Origin: Hyphochytrium catenoides | Lineage: Eukaryota; Protista; Hyphochytriomycota | Length of the DNA stretch: 64,000 nucleotides | Assembly: GCA_900088475.1 (NCBI GenBank) | Contig: FLMG01002493.1 | Coordinates: 1-64,000, forward strand | Direction: 5' to 3' | Shown: positions 12,961 to 25,354 of the stretch, piece after piece | Numbering within the stretch: the first letter of the stretch is position 1 | How the letters are laid out: each line of letters opens with the position of its first letter | Notes under the pieces: generated by a model | What the model saw: the letters and a program-made list of their open reading frames with translations, nothing else | What the model was told of the DNA's origin: nothing | Database searches by the model: none | Position numbers and translations under genes: made by a program

Positions 12961-15550
12961 CTAGAACCAAACGTCCCGCTGATAGCGTTGTCCCTCGGCC
13001 ATCTTTCTCAGATAGTCTTTCGCATACTCAAGGTCGGAGTTGCCGCTCTGCTTCCCTATCAGCTCTAGTAAGGCTAGCTCAACGTCCCCTGCCATGTGTA
13101 GAGCATCACCACAAACATAGAATGCAGCGCCTGCTTCCAAGAGTGCCCAAAGTTTACTCTGTATCTCAGGCTGCCGAATCTTGTCTTGTACGTAGACTTT
13201 TGGTCCTTGATCTCGAGAGAAGGCTGTCTGAAGGGCGATGAGCTTCTCTCTTTCCCACCTTTCCAGTTCTTCTCGATAAAGATAGTCTCTTTCCTTGTTA
13301 CGGCAGCCAAAAAATAGAATTTGGTATAGACCCATGTCCTTCTTTCCTTCGTTCGGCTTCTGCAGCCCACCTACTGCAGCCTGCAGTATGGTGCGGTGCT
13401 GGATGAAGGCCCTAAACGGCGCGAGTCCTGTTCCTGGTCCCACCATAATTATAGGCGTATCCAACGATGTAGGCAGGCGGAAGTCAGGGTTCCTATGTAC
13501 ATATACAAGGCAGTGTTCTCCCAGGGTTCTAGCTGCTAGGTAGTTTGAACAGACGCCTCTGCGAAGAATGGGTAAAGGGCCCTGTTCTTTCTCTTCGTAT
13601 TGAAGCACAGCTACCGTGATGCTCACCCGAGCCGGATGAGAGAGAGGCGAGGAGGATATTGAATAGAGGCGAGGCTGCAACTGCCGCAAATGCTGCAACA
13701 TAGACTTATAGGGGAATGTCTCCAGAGAGACGCTTTCTCGAACCTCTGAAAGGACCTCCCCGAGTCTATGACTTCTCAGATACTTCGCTAACCCTTCGTT
13801 TGTCTTGACTGAGAGTCCCCCAGACTTTATAAGACGGCAAATTTCATGATATGCCAATCCCATCTGGACCAGCCAATCAGCAAGAAAGGAAAGAAGAGAT
13901 GGCTTGAGATTCTGCAGTTCATAGCAGGATGACAGAGCAGCTTTAAGACTGATTTCTGAAGGCCTTTCCTCATCCTCCGCAAATGGGGTTATAAACCACT
14001 TAGGGGAGGGCACCATTTCCTCTCCTGTTCTTCCCAGCGCGTGCAGGACCTGACAAACTTCCTCCTCATCATTGTAAGGGTAGACACCCAGCGCATCCCC
14101 AGGCAGATACTCCAAACCGCTTGGACCGGCATCCGGCGTCTCCCCCGATGAGTCAGGTGACAGGGAGAACTCAATGTGGAACGTCACCTTATCTCTTAAA
14201 GCATCCTCACCAACGCACAGGTTATACTTGGCCACTATGGGAGCTTTGTAGGGTCTGTTCTTTCCATACATGTTTCTATCTTTCCGGCTACCCTTTCCGC
14301 CCGCTGCCGTACCAGCAACAAAGTGCACTGGAAGGGGATTCTGGCTCGTGTTCGTCTTCTCCAGCTTCAACGTGGGGAGCTTCTCTACTATCTCGCCCAT
14401 CCAGGAGTTTATCACATCCCAATCTTCCTGATCTACATCTGCGCGAGTAAAGAAGCGGTTCGCCCCAAGTCGCTCAAGCTGAAGGTCAAAGTCTCTTCCG
14501 CATTTGCAGAAGTGCGTGTAGTTGCTGTCGCCTAGTGCCAAGACAGAGAAGCGAAGGGAAGAGAGTAAAGAAGGAGATAGGCTGCAATCATGCAGTTGGT
14601 CATAAAAATCCCGCGCGTCAGGTGGCGGGACCCCATCGCCCTGGGTTGAGACAAACACTAAAGCGCATTGCTTGGTAAGCACGTCTCGGTGCAGATCAGC
14701 TTCTTTCATGTCTAGGAGTAAGGGGCGGTAATCAGAGGCAAGAAGTTTCTCTTGCATCTTCTCTGCGAGCTCTCGGCTGAAGCCGTATTCTGTTCCATAG
14801 AGAAGAAGAATGGTAGCTCGAGCCTTGTCCTCATGCGTTCCTTCGCTCTCTTTCCTAGCATTTCCCTTCTTACTAGTCTGTCGAGAGTGAAGTCACATTA
14901 GACACTCATTCCGTTCTTGGTGGCAAATTGTACGTCTTCTTTTCTCCCTCCTTTCTTCACGCTAGGCTCGTGGTCACCCAGGGTGAATGATAGGTAATCG
15001 CCAGAAAAGGGAACGAGGAGATCGAGAGAGAGAAGGACAGATAGAGACAAATGTAGCTGAGAGTCAAAGGGACAAGATAGCAGAGAGCGATGGACGATGT
15101 TCGAGTGGTGAGGACATCACTTACGCCTTCTACTTGACTGGCTACTCCAGCGGCATCTCCACTTCTCACGTATGCATCAAAAGATGTTCCTCGAACGTTA
15201 GGTTTACCAGCAGGCTTTCCTCCACTTCCGGTCTTCAGGAAGGCCTCAAAACTTGTCGAAGGCTTAGCCTTGCTTGAGGTGTGCGAGGAAGGAGCACTGC
15301 GGATGCTTTTGTCCTTGACGAAGTCATCGAAGCTGGTTCCTAGCCATACATTCCACGAAACGAGGAGGAGGATAAGAGAAGAGGGAAAGGAACAACAGAC
15401 ACTTTACGTACCAGCAGCGGCAGCCTTTCCTGGAGCATTTGCCGATGAAAGCAGCGCCCGAAGGACAAAGCACAGTGAGACGACGATCAAAGCCGTGGAG
15501 AAGGGACCTAGGCAGGCAACACAAGGACCATCTTCCGATGCATTCATCAT
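12961..15550 (-). CDS. Membrane-anchored diflavin (FMN/FAD/NADPH) oxidoreductase, CysJ/cytochrome P450 reductase-like
   Basis: Flavodoxin motifs LYGTEYGFSRELA, STQGDGVPP and ALGDSNYTHFCKCG. FAD motifs RLYSISSSP and GVCSNYL. NADPH motifs MVGPGTGLAPFRAF, FFGCR, AFSRDQ, YVQD and YVCGDA. C-terminus RYQRDVWF. The predicted first exon (ATG 15550) encodes a hydrophobic segment FSTALIVVSLCFVLRALL. The 5' exon structure is inferred. Confidence 0.9.
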
Positions 15551-15899
15551 TCTTTCTGCCTAACCTCTTTACTTTCTGCCCTAATCTCGTCCACCACCTC
15601 GAGAGCACCTACCCGGCCGCTGAGTGATGGACCGGGTCCTCGGCACCGCTTCTGCTGGACACCAAGCGAGGTTCTCCGCGCCTTTACCTTGCGCCCCCGA
15701 TAACGTGCCCGAGTATTCTTCCAGCGGCAGACCTGACTGCAAAGCCCTAACTAGTCATAGAAAACTGTTGATCCCTTGAGGCACAAGGACGAGAGGCGTG
15801 CGTGCAGAAGAAGAAGAGCGCTTTACAAGGAAAAGATCAGTAAAGAAAGATCATAAGAATCTTTCAAGATCTTCTTTCAAAGACTCGACTGGGTATATG

Positions 15900-16750
15900 A
15901 TGTACACTCTAGCACCACTACTATTATTAGAGTTAGATAGTTATTTCCATGATATACCCCTTGTGTCATCATCTTACTACGACCACTCGGGCTCGCATCG
16001 TATTGCGAGGAGAAGATGTGAAGCTGTGAAGACGAGACCACAGGGCGCCTGTCTCCTGTCTTCTTCTCTCTTTAATGGCCTGGTGGGATGCGGGTCTGCA
16101 GGCAGAAAGGTCACCCTCATAGATGGGCTAAGACACATGGATCTTTGTTGGGTCGTCCTGTCTCAGTCTCTACGTAACTTTGAGAAGGGCATTCATTATT
16201 GTTTGGAATGCATCAGCAACTTGGATGGGAACTGGTAGTAGAACTACAGGATGATGAGGCTGAAAGGGCATAAAGAAGGGCAGATGCCGCAACTTCCCTT
16301 ATGTTCTTACAGAGGACAGAGTGCTCTAGGACAGACTTATCTTGGACTATAAGTTAAAGAAAGACTGCCAAATCTAGGACCTTCTATCTGGCCTACCCCT
16401 CCTAGCTAGAGCGAGAACGTGAACACCATCCTTCTTCCACAGGTAGTTCTATCATTCTTCCTCTTCTAATGACAAAGAAGGTCCTTTGCTACTTCTATGT
16501 TGTCTCACTAAGCAGTGATTAGCAGAGACAGATCAATCAACCTTCGGCGCTTCAGCAGCAGCATCTCCTTCACAAGAAATCAGCAGAAGAACGAGAGATC
16601 GTAGAACAGCTAGTGGAAGATTTAAAGACTGCAGCATTGGAGAAGGTTCCTCCTCCTGTTGCTTGCCCACCCAGCAGTGTCATCAATGACTGTGAAGCAG
16701 CAGAGAGAGAACGAGAACGAAAGATACGCCTCCAATGTCCAAAACGTGAG
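15900..16750 (+). pseudogene. Decayed coding-like island
   Basis: Protein-like fragments are broken by TAA/TAG: LGWELVVELQDDEAERA*RRADAA and SD*QRQINQPSALQQQHLLHKKSAEEREIVEQLVEDLKTAALEK. Frames shift and no family was recognised. Confidence 0.4.
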
Positions 16751-17034
16751 CTATACGGGATATGACTTTACAATGTCAATAATAATCAACTCGTTCGTGA
16801 CATTATCAGTAATAAAGTAAGACAGAGGCGATGACGAAGGATCCGTTCTTTCTGGTCTTCTTTTTTTCTAGGATTTCTCTTCTGCAGATTATGAAGTTGA
16901 GCGCCGCCGTCACCAACCTCACAGACAGAGTTTCTTATTGGCATTCACCGTCTCTTGACCGGCGCGTAAGTCATCCCAGGAAAGAGCAGGACGACTTGCC
17001 ACCGAGAGCAGCTGCTGCCTTGATCTTAGGTAGA

Positions 17035-18602
17035 ATGTTTGCGGTCATTGTTATTCTGGCAGCAGTCGCCCTCGGCCTGGCCGTTCGTGCGTACTACAAG
17101 GCGCTTAACCCGGTCTACCCTGTCGGACAGGTGGGTCTCCGCCTTCTTTTGATGTTTGTCTCCACCACTCCTACCAGATGGTTGCCCACTATCCTGACTC
17201 ATTATAACCATTGCTTTGCCGGCTTCTAATGCTTTCTTATGAGTAGGTAGCGAAGAATGGCAAGTACAAGGACGAGAAGCTTCCCGAAGGCGTTTACCAT
17301 GCTGCCGTAGTCGGTGCTGGCCCTTCAGGCTCGACGCTGGGGCACTTCGCTGCAAAGGAAGGAGCCAAAATTGCGTTATTAGAGAAGAAGCAATTCCCTA
17401 GGGACAAGTATTGCGGCGATGCAGTTTGCACTCCAGCCATCAGGATTCTTGAGGAAATGGGCGTTATGCAGGAGCTGATTGCCAATGATGAGGCCAAGTT
17501 CGCTGATGCTGGAGGGTTTGTCAGCCCCATCGGCAGGAGTTACATCGGCGCTTCGAAGCAGAAGCTTGGTGAAGCTGCGGCTTGCGCCGTTAAGCGCATT
17601 CATCTTGATGAGCGGATTGCCAGAAGCGCTCAGCGCAAGGGTGCCGACCTCATTGAAAACTATGACGTCGTGGATGCCAAGTTTGACGCTGGTGCTGGAC
17701 TATGGACGATCTTTGCAGCAGACGGGCGAGAGACGAAGGCCCGTATGCTCATTTGTGCTGATGGCGCCCAATCAAAGCTTGGAATGAAGCTTGGCTACGT
17801 CACAGAGCCTCCTCGTGGCGTCTGCAGTCGGGCTTATGTCGAGGGCGGCACCCATAACACTCAGTTCGATGGTGTTTGCTTCTATCAGAAGGAATCTCTG
17901 CCAGGATACAGCGCAATCTTCAGGCATCCTAAGGATGAGCTAAACTATTGCTACTATTTGATTCCTTGTGACAACAAGGACGGAAAGGGTCTCGCGAAGG
18001 ACGGTTGGTGCGGCGATGTCACAGAGGCCGATCTACCCCGCCTCCACAATGAAGCCATCAAGAAAGATCCCTTCATCAGTCGTGCACTCGGGCCTAATGC
18101 TAAGATTGAAAGGATGAAGGCAGCTTCTCTCCGACTCGGCTCTCAAGGCGTTAAGACTTCTTATGACGATCACCTGCTGCTGATTGGAGATGCTGCTGGG
18201 CACATTGATCCTTTGACGGGAGAGGGAATCCACACCGCCATCATGGGTGGTAAGGCTGCCGCCGCAACTTTGTTGGAAATGATCAAGGAAGGAGACTACT
18301 CTGCCCGTTCTACCAAAGTTTGGGAAGACCGCTGGATCAGTCTGTTCGGACACGACTTCTACCTCTCCTCTAAGGGTGCAGAGCTCCTATACAAGTTCCC
18401 AATACTTCTCGATGCATGCGCTTCGGAAATGGAGAGGAAAGGTGATGCTATGATGGCCAAGTGGGCGGAGGTGATGACTGGAATGCAGCCTAAGACTTAC
18501 TTTTTAAGGCCTGAGAATGCCGCGCCGATGGCTATCGCTGTCATCAGAGAGGCATTCGAGCAGTACATTCTGGGTAAGAAGAGCACCTATTATAGCCAAT
18601 GA
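17035..18602 (+). CDS. Geranylgeranyl reductase-family FAD-dependent oxidoreductase with N-terminal membrane anchor
   Basis: Exon 1 (17035-17130, MFAVIVILAAVALGLAVRAYY) joins in phase 0 to exon 2 from 17247. Motifs: Rossmann VVGAGPSG, LLEKKQFPRDKYCGDA, ICADGA and LLIGDAAGHIDPLTGEGIHTA. Confidence 0.88.
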
Positions 18603-19215
18603 CCCAGCCCAGTTAGCTAGACAGCAGCTTGAGACAGCAGTCCATGTATGTCTGGCACTCTATAAAAAGATAAGAAAGGTCAGACATTTGAAGATGAAGG
18701 AGAGATCATCAGAGGCGATAATCTTCGTTCTAAAAGCTTCGGATTGGTTGTCCTCTCAAACAAAGAATTGCTTTTGCAATACTTGAACCTTAAAGACCCT
18801 GTATGCTTTACATTATGGACAACTAAGTTTACTTATTAATGTCAACTAAGACTAGGAGAGTTATCCATAAAGGTACTTACCGAGTTAACCCGGTTAAGAG
18901 GTGCTTTAAATGTTGAATGCTTCTTTCTGACGTCAAACAAATTCTGATGGCCGAATGCTGTTGACAGACGGCCTCATTGGTGCTTTGGCCGTCGGGATTG
19001 AGCGCCTCGCCGTCCTCAGTTCTCGCACAACAGAACTCCTTGAAGAAGCAAAAGCTCTATTACGGAGAGGTTCCCACTAAGCGACTTCCTAGCGAGACAA
19101 GCTGGAGTCCAGGTTAAAGGGTGCGGACTGAATCGGGAGTGCCAGAAGTGCAGGACGCAGTCCGAAGCCCTGTTGATTTGAGCGATACTGGAGGAGCAGA
19201 GCTTTGAAAGATAAG

Positions 19216-22200
19216 ATGGGGATTCTGAAGACACTCTCACCCGAGGAGGTGAATGTACTGGACTTTGACCCTGTAGACCCAAAGGCCAAGGCTGATGCAG
19301 AAAGTGAGGCTTTCAGGCTGTCATGAGCCTCTGTCTCTTAGCTAACTGAATGATGTCTTAGAGATCCTCGGTGACCTCAAAAAGGGCGGAGAGGCGACGC
19401 TGATCCAATATGGAGTCCGCTTTGGTGATCTCAAGGAAGGTAAGTCCTCAAGTCATTCTCTGCCAGCGACGCGGAGCTGTTTTACTGACGAAGGTGCTTG
19501 GGGTTCCTGATCTGTCCTTTAACCTACGGCAGGTGATCCCTACATCATCCACAAGGAAGAGCTTCAAATAGCCTTCAACCAGCTACCCGAGGTGAGTCCT
19601 TATGGGAGTATTAATGAGGTGCAAAGCAACTATCAGCTGTGTGACGCGACGCTTCGATTGGCGCGTATGCTGGGTCAATTCCTGCCGATCTTTCTTGAGG
19701 CCATCCTCTCCCGTCGGTGCCATTTCTGTTTTGGTAAAGACTGGCTCATCAGATATGTTATGCATCCTTTTTTGTTTCTTAGAAATGTCTCCTGACCCCC
19801 CTTGATGCCTTCCTGATGCCTTCCTGGTTTCAAGCAGCACCTGTGATGTCTTGAGAACCGCCTCTTGGGGCGTTTGGTGCTGCCAGTAACCTTGATGTTC
19901 CTGCCTCTTAGGACCAGCGTCAGTTACTGCTACGAACGGCAGATAGAATCAGAATCTTTGCAGAGGATCAGCGGCAATCCATAAGAGAGACAGAAATAGA
20001 TATCCCAGGCGGCAGGGCAGGACAAAAGGTCGCTCCTATGGAGGTTGCAGGCTGTTATGCACCCGGCGGACGAGTGAGTGGTGACAACTGAAGTGATGGT
20101 TCCGGTCTGTTAGTCTCTATGCGTGCCGTTATATATCATATGTTATCTTGGGTATGCTATAGTCTCGGTATACTCTCTTTGCGGGGTTGGGCATCTCGTT
20201 GGCGGTCTCAGAGACTCCTGCATTATGATGGCCCTTTGGAATACCTGGGGGTGTTTGACTGAGTATGTTGGTCAGATGGCCATGCGCGATAGAACTACTA
20301 CTACTCCCTCTTTCTTCGCAGACTGCTTCTAACCCTGGTAACCCCCTTTGCCTCCTCTCTATTTTTCGTCTTATCTGTTCCCCCGACTCTGCCTTGCCAG
20401 TATCCATTGCCCTCGTCCGTCCTTATGACAGCGATCACGGCAAGAGTAGCTGGAGTAAAAACGGTAAGTGACTAAGACTTAGAGGTGTGGCCAGAGAAAG
20501 CCCTTGCCAGGCAAGTCTATGTTGCTAGACAGAAGAGTGCTTAGCTGATATCGTCAGCGCAGTGTCAACGTCCTTTTGAGGTAAAGCGGAGTGGAAGCTT
20601 ACTTTAGATTTGGCAGAGAGTCAGATCACGCAGGAATCGAAGGAAAAGAAGAGCTGCTAGGCTCTTGATTCAAGTGGAGCCTAATGCAGTTCGCTTTCTT
20701 AGGTGATTGTCGCCTCTCCAAGACCGGCAGAAATCACGAAGGCTGCCGCCTTCGTGGCTGAAGCCGACTTTTTATTAGCAGTCGGAGGTGCCCAAGCAGT
20801 TGGTGCTCTGGCATACGGGGTGGGTAAGGTACCCACCTGTGACATTATCGTGGGGCCAGGCAACATGTACGTAGCGAGGCTTCGCGGGGCTCACGGACGT
20901 TATCTGTGTCACGGAATTGTAGCCTCACCTTTGTGGTGTGCTGGGATGCTGATGTTGCCCATTTGGCACAATGCTAAGCCGTTCCAACCGCCAGAGAGCA
21001 GAGAGCGCTTATTTTTCCTTCTGATTCCTACCTTCTGCTGTAGAGTTCCAATGGTCGAGAGGGACACGTTGATCTTGTACCTGAGCACTACCTCGCTGAT
21101 TCCTTTATCATTCGTTTTGAGAACCTTGGATTCTCATCTCCTGCTCTGGATTGTCATTATGTAGGTGGGTCACTGCTGCCAAGTCTCTTGTAGCTGGTCG
21201 ATGCGCTATAGACATGCTGGCGGGACCCTCTGAATGTCTCGTTATAGCAGACGACTCGGCTGATGCAGCCGTAAGTATGTTGCGAGAGAGATGATTAGCG
21301 TACGCTGCTTAAGTAGCTAGGTCTGGTACTTCCCCACTGAGGGGTAAACTCCCAGTAGTGCATCTTCGGCTTTCGCGTCTACTATCTAAGCCCCACATTT
21401 CTCCCTTGTTTGGGTTTACGCAGGTAATTGCGGCGGACCTGCTGGCCCAGGCAGAGCATGATACTGCAGCCAGGCCTATCCTTGTCACCACGAGTAGAGA
21501 AATGATAGAAAAGGTGAATGAGGAGCTTGAGGGTCAGCTGCAGAGACTCGAAACAAGCAAGGTTGCAAGAGAAGCATGCAAACAGGTACGACAGGCCCTG
21601 TCTATCGCTGTTTGTCTACTGTGACTTCTAACCTCCAGTTGGTGATGATAGGGTTTTGCTGTTTTTTGTGGAGACATGGACTCGGCCATTTCTGTGGCCG
21701 ACAAGTTGGCACCAGAGCATCTAGAGGTAATACTCTCTCCATTAGTTTACTGGCCGCTATGGATTGACAGCTTCACTATCTACGTTATGCTGGTTAGGTT
21801 ATGACGGAGGACTCCCAAGCGGTGGCTGATAGGCTTAATCATTACGGTGGGCTCTTTATTGGCACTAACGCTGCGGAGGTAGATGACTCCACCTGAATCA
21901 CTCGACTTGTACCCTATACTCCAAGACTCCGTCCCCTCTCTCTCTCTCCTCGCTCTCGCAACCTCAAATATGTGGCATTCTGTTTAGGTACTGGGTGATT
22001 ATGGCGCTGGGCCAAATCATGTGCTTCCCACTGGAGGGACAGCACGGTACACTGGTGGACTCTCAGTCCACACCTTCCTAAGGTTACGCACGTGGATGCG
22101 CATTGATGATGCGAAGGCAGCGCAGCAGCTGGTACAGGATGCAGAAGCTTTAGCGAGGTAAGTTGAACCCTAGGACTGAGGAAAGCTTAAGTGTCTTATA

Positions 22201-22269
22201 TAGTCTGGCTGTAGGCTCGAGGGTTTGGAGGGCCATGCAAAGGCATCAGCGAAGCGGTTACGAGACTAA
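19216..22269 (+). CDS. hisD: Histidinol dehydrogenase (stand-alone HisD, multi-exon)
   Basis: Motifs [101 protein letters not shown] and EGLEGHA. ATG at 19216, TAA at 22267-22269. Confidence 0.95.
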
Positions 22270-22919
22270 AGAAAGTCAGGCCAAAAGCAACTAGGAGCAA
22301 CAGTACTTTTCCATCCTTCATCACTTCAATGACTGCTACATTGTTTCTTCTGTTCTAAGCATGACACCAAAGTGGGCCTATCAGATCCCTGAACCCATGC
22401 AGCTGCCCTTATCACCCATACCCTATAGCATGACTGTCAGTCAATAAATCTAGTATTGGCTATGACTCCGGTAGCGTTCAAGAGTGCCTGCGGCTGCGCA
22501 TCAATGGCCACGCCGCACCCCAAACCTCTCGCTAGGTGTTAAGAGACGGAGGAGACTTTTAAACCGTTAGCCCCGGGAAGACGAGAAGAGGCCAAAAGAA
22601 CGCTATCACACAGAGACATAGGGAACGCTGCCGGCGGACTCCTGGCCGATTCTCATCGCACTTATTCGAAGATAGTCCTCCATTGACATCGAAAGCAGAG
22701 TCCAATAGATTGTTCTTACTTTGGATGGCACCACAACGGCTTGATGTCATTGGAAATTGCTATCGATATCACTAGTAGCGCCAGGCGTTTTTGTTCCTCA
22801 TCGACACCTCCCGTCCCAACTACATTTCGTCTGATACTTTTTGAGGTGGCGGGAATGAAATGGAAAGAATAGCTCTCCTTCCCACTAGCATTCTACCCTT
22901 GGTAGATATCCTTGTTCTC

Positions 22920-23326
22920 CAGCAAACTATGAGGCCCGGCTTGACACTGATGAGACGTAAGAGCGGTGGCGCTCTATGGACAATGATGTAAGAGGAAGCG
23001 CAAGTAGATACTGTGGCCTTCAACAAAAGAAGGGCAGCTCAAGATAGAGCCCTCCACAACCTCCTTTGACCCTCCCTCAAACTAAGCTAAGCCATCGCCC
23101 ATCATCATCACTGTCTCCACATTGGAGAAGCAGCATCGACCCAATCACTTTCCCTTCTTCAATCTTCTCAGTCTCCACGGTTGATGCTTCTCATCATCAT
23201 CATCACAGCAGGGTGAAGATCCTCTGCTGCTACGCCTGCTGCTACGCTTTCTCACTATCAAAAGTAGTGCCACAAGTACCAAGTAGAAACTACTCTAATT
23301 ACCGATCTATTTATCCACTAATTTGA
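22920..23326 (+). pseudogene. Decayed coding-like island
   Basis: One frame reads ANYEARLDTDET*ERWRSMDNDV...LQQKKGSSR*SPPQPPLTLPQ, with in-frame TAA at 22958 and TAG at 23045, then continues into ORF 23066-23326. Confidence 0.35.
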
Positions 23327-23873
23327 AGTATAGGAAACCAGGTAGTTACGGTGGGGAGCAAGTACTGTTTTACTTACCCAGACGACTTGTTGTAACTAGA
23401 GGGGAGAAGCAAAAGATAGAGAATTTAAGTTTCTCATGCTTGGAAAGTCAAACAGAACACAACCGTTTTGTCGGCGTTCTCAAGTTCAAGAGCTCATTGT
23501 TTGTGCTCTTGGTTGATTCCATGGCCATCTTCCTCTTCCCATCCTGCACCAGGAGGAGCTGACCAGACACAGGCAATGCCAGCACACCTGCTGCAGGGTG
23601 ACGGAGATAGGCTCTAGGCTCTCCCAGGCCCAATCGTGCGGGTCTGGGGCCTGTCGTTGAGCTAAGGAACATCGTGAGAGAACTTTTGCATAATAAGCTG
23701 CACTCAGAAGAGGGAATGGGAAGGGAAGATCGGTAGGAAAGGCCAACATGGCTTTGCGTTTGCTGACCTCTCCTCTCTCTATAAGCCATCAGTGCATTGC
23801 TGCTTTACGTTTTACAGGCTAAGACTCTATAGCGCCGTTCGTCTTCGTCACTAACGGCTAAATAGTGGCCGTG

Positions 23874-25121
23874 ATGGTTCAAGAAGATGCTGCGACAGAG
23901 AGGAGGAGGAATAGGATGCAGCGGAGGATGCTGAGGATTGCAAGAAGGTCTGAAGAGGCAGTCAGTGACGCGCGCAACCTTATCAAGAAGTACGAGAACA
24001 AGCGCCTATTCTTCGATGAACCTGCCGCCTTACTCCGATCTAGAGCTGAAGCAATCTTCAGAGAGCTTCTTCTTTCACGAAAGGTGAATCTTCGGGTCCC
24101 TGATAGGCGCAGTTTATTCACGGACGAAGAAAAGGAACTTTATCGCATGTCGAAAACGCCCGATAGTGCCTCGCTCAAGGACCCAGAAGAGGATCCACAG
24201 ATCGCCCTAAGCAAACCAGTAGGTTATCTTGATAGCATGGCAGCCACCCCAATCTTCTCCAATAGAAACCAGGCTCTTACTCCTGAGGTTGCCATAGAGA
24301 AAATTCCAATGAAAGAGCCAGAACACGGACCCGTCGGGTTCGCTTCTCCTATCCCCGTGTTAACTAGTGAGGGCAACCACACATTCTTCCCTAGCTACAA
24401 GGGAAGGTGGAAGGATGGGATGATGGAAGGACCAGGTATCTTTTACTACGCCGACGGTTCTACCTACGAAGGGTATTGGAAGGACAATAGACCACACGGA
24501 ACGGGAAAGGCACAATATCCTGATGGGTCTCAGTATGACGGCGAGTGGCAGAAAGGGAAGTATCACGGGCTAGGGAAGTTAAGAGGTCCTGATAATGTGG
24601 TTTATGAAGGGCAATTCGAAGAAGGAAAACGGCATGGAAGCGGAGTGCTTCTGTTCCCTACAGGTCAAAAGCATGCCGGTCACTTCCTCTATGGCAAGCT
24701 CCATGGCCATGCCTGCGTGCAGGACAGTAGGAGCATCTACAAATTAACTGGAAGCTTCTCGAGCGGCCTTATTAATGGCGTGGGTGTGCTGGAGATAGCT
24801 CCTGAACATATCTTCTTCAAATCGTCAACCAAACGACTAGTAAGAAGCTGGCCAGCTTACAGGCTGAGAGACCTCGTCGAGGCACTGAAGGCAGAGGCTA
24901 AGGCAAAAAATGAGAAAATTCGGCAGGAGAAAGGCGTTCTCATGCGTGGCCTCGTCAGCCTAACCCTTCAAGAGAATATTAACGCCTACCGCGAGCGCTT
25001 GCGAGAGGAGATGGCTAAAAGGCAACAAGTAGCGATAGAAGAGCGAGCCAAGAAGAAAGCGGCCCGACGCCGTCAGAAGCTCCTTGCAAGAGAGAAGGCC
25101 TATGAGAAGGTCAATAAATAG
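23874..25121 (+). CDS. MORN-repeat protein with flanking coiled coils
   Basis: Tandem MORN motifs YKGRWKDGMMEGPG, YEGYWKDNRPHGTG, YDGEWQKGKYHGLG, YEGQFEEGKRHGSG and HAGHFLYGKLHG within a 418 aa ORF. Upstream exons are possible. Confidence 0.85.
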   Translation: MVQEDAATERRRNRMQRRMLRIARRSEEAVSDARNLIKKYENKRLFFDEPAALLRSRAEAIFRELLLSRKVNLRVPDRRSLFTDEEKELYRMSKTPDSASLKDPEEDPQIALSKPVGYLDSMAATPIFSNRNQALTPEVAIEKIPMKEPEHGPVGFASPIPVLTSEGNHTFFPSYKGRWKDGMMEGPGIFYYADGSTYEGYWKDNRPHGTGKAQYPDGSQYDGEWQKGKYHGLGKLRGPDNVVYEGQFEEGKRHGSGVLLFPTGQKHAGHFLYGKLHGHACVQDSRSIYKLTGSFSSGLINGVGVLEIAPEHIFFKSSTKRLVRSWPAYRLRDLVEALKAEAKAKNEKIRQEKGVLMRGLVSLTLQENINAYRERLREEMAKRQQVAIEERAKKKAARRRQKLLAREKAYEKVNK

Positions 25122-25354
25122 TGAGTTAAGAGGCACATTATTTTAGGCCCATGATCGTCTACCACCATCCAGCTTCGGTTCATTGCATGCCGATAAGTAA
25201 GAAGCATTAGGGCGCGAGCCAAAAAGAGAGCCCGCCCGGATCTCGTCGGGAGCTGCTTGCAAGGGACGAAGCAAGAAAGCCAATAACCTTGACTCTAAGA
25301 AGAGGTTCATTTGTGTCATAAATCATACATGACTCCAGAGACGCCACTTACTAC

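Noticed and set aside
22461-22520. tRNA-like gttcaaga motif
   Set aside because: No cloverleaf can be formed. No tRNA, rRNA or snRNA gene was recognised anywhere in the window.
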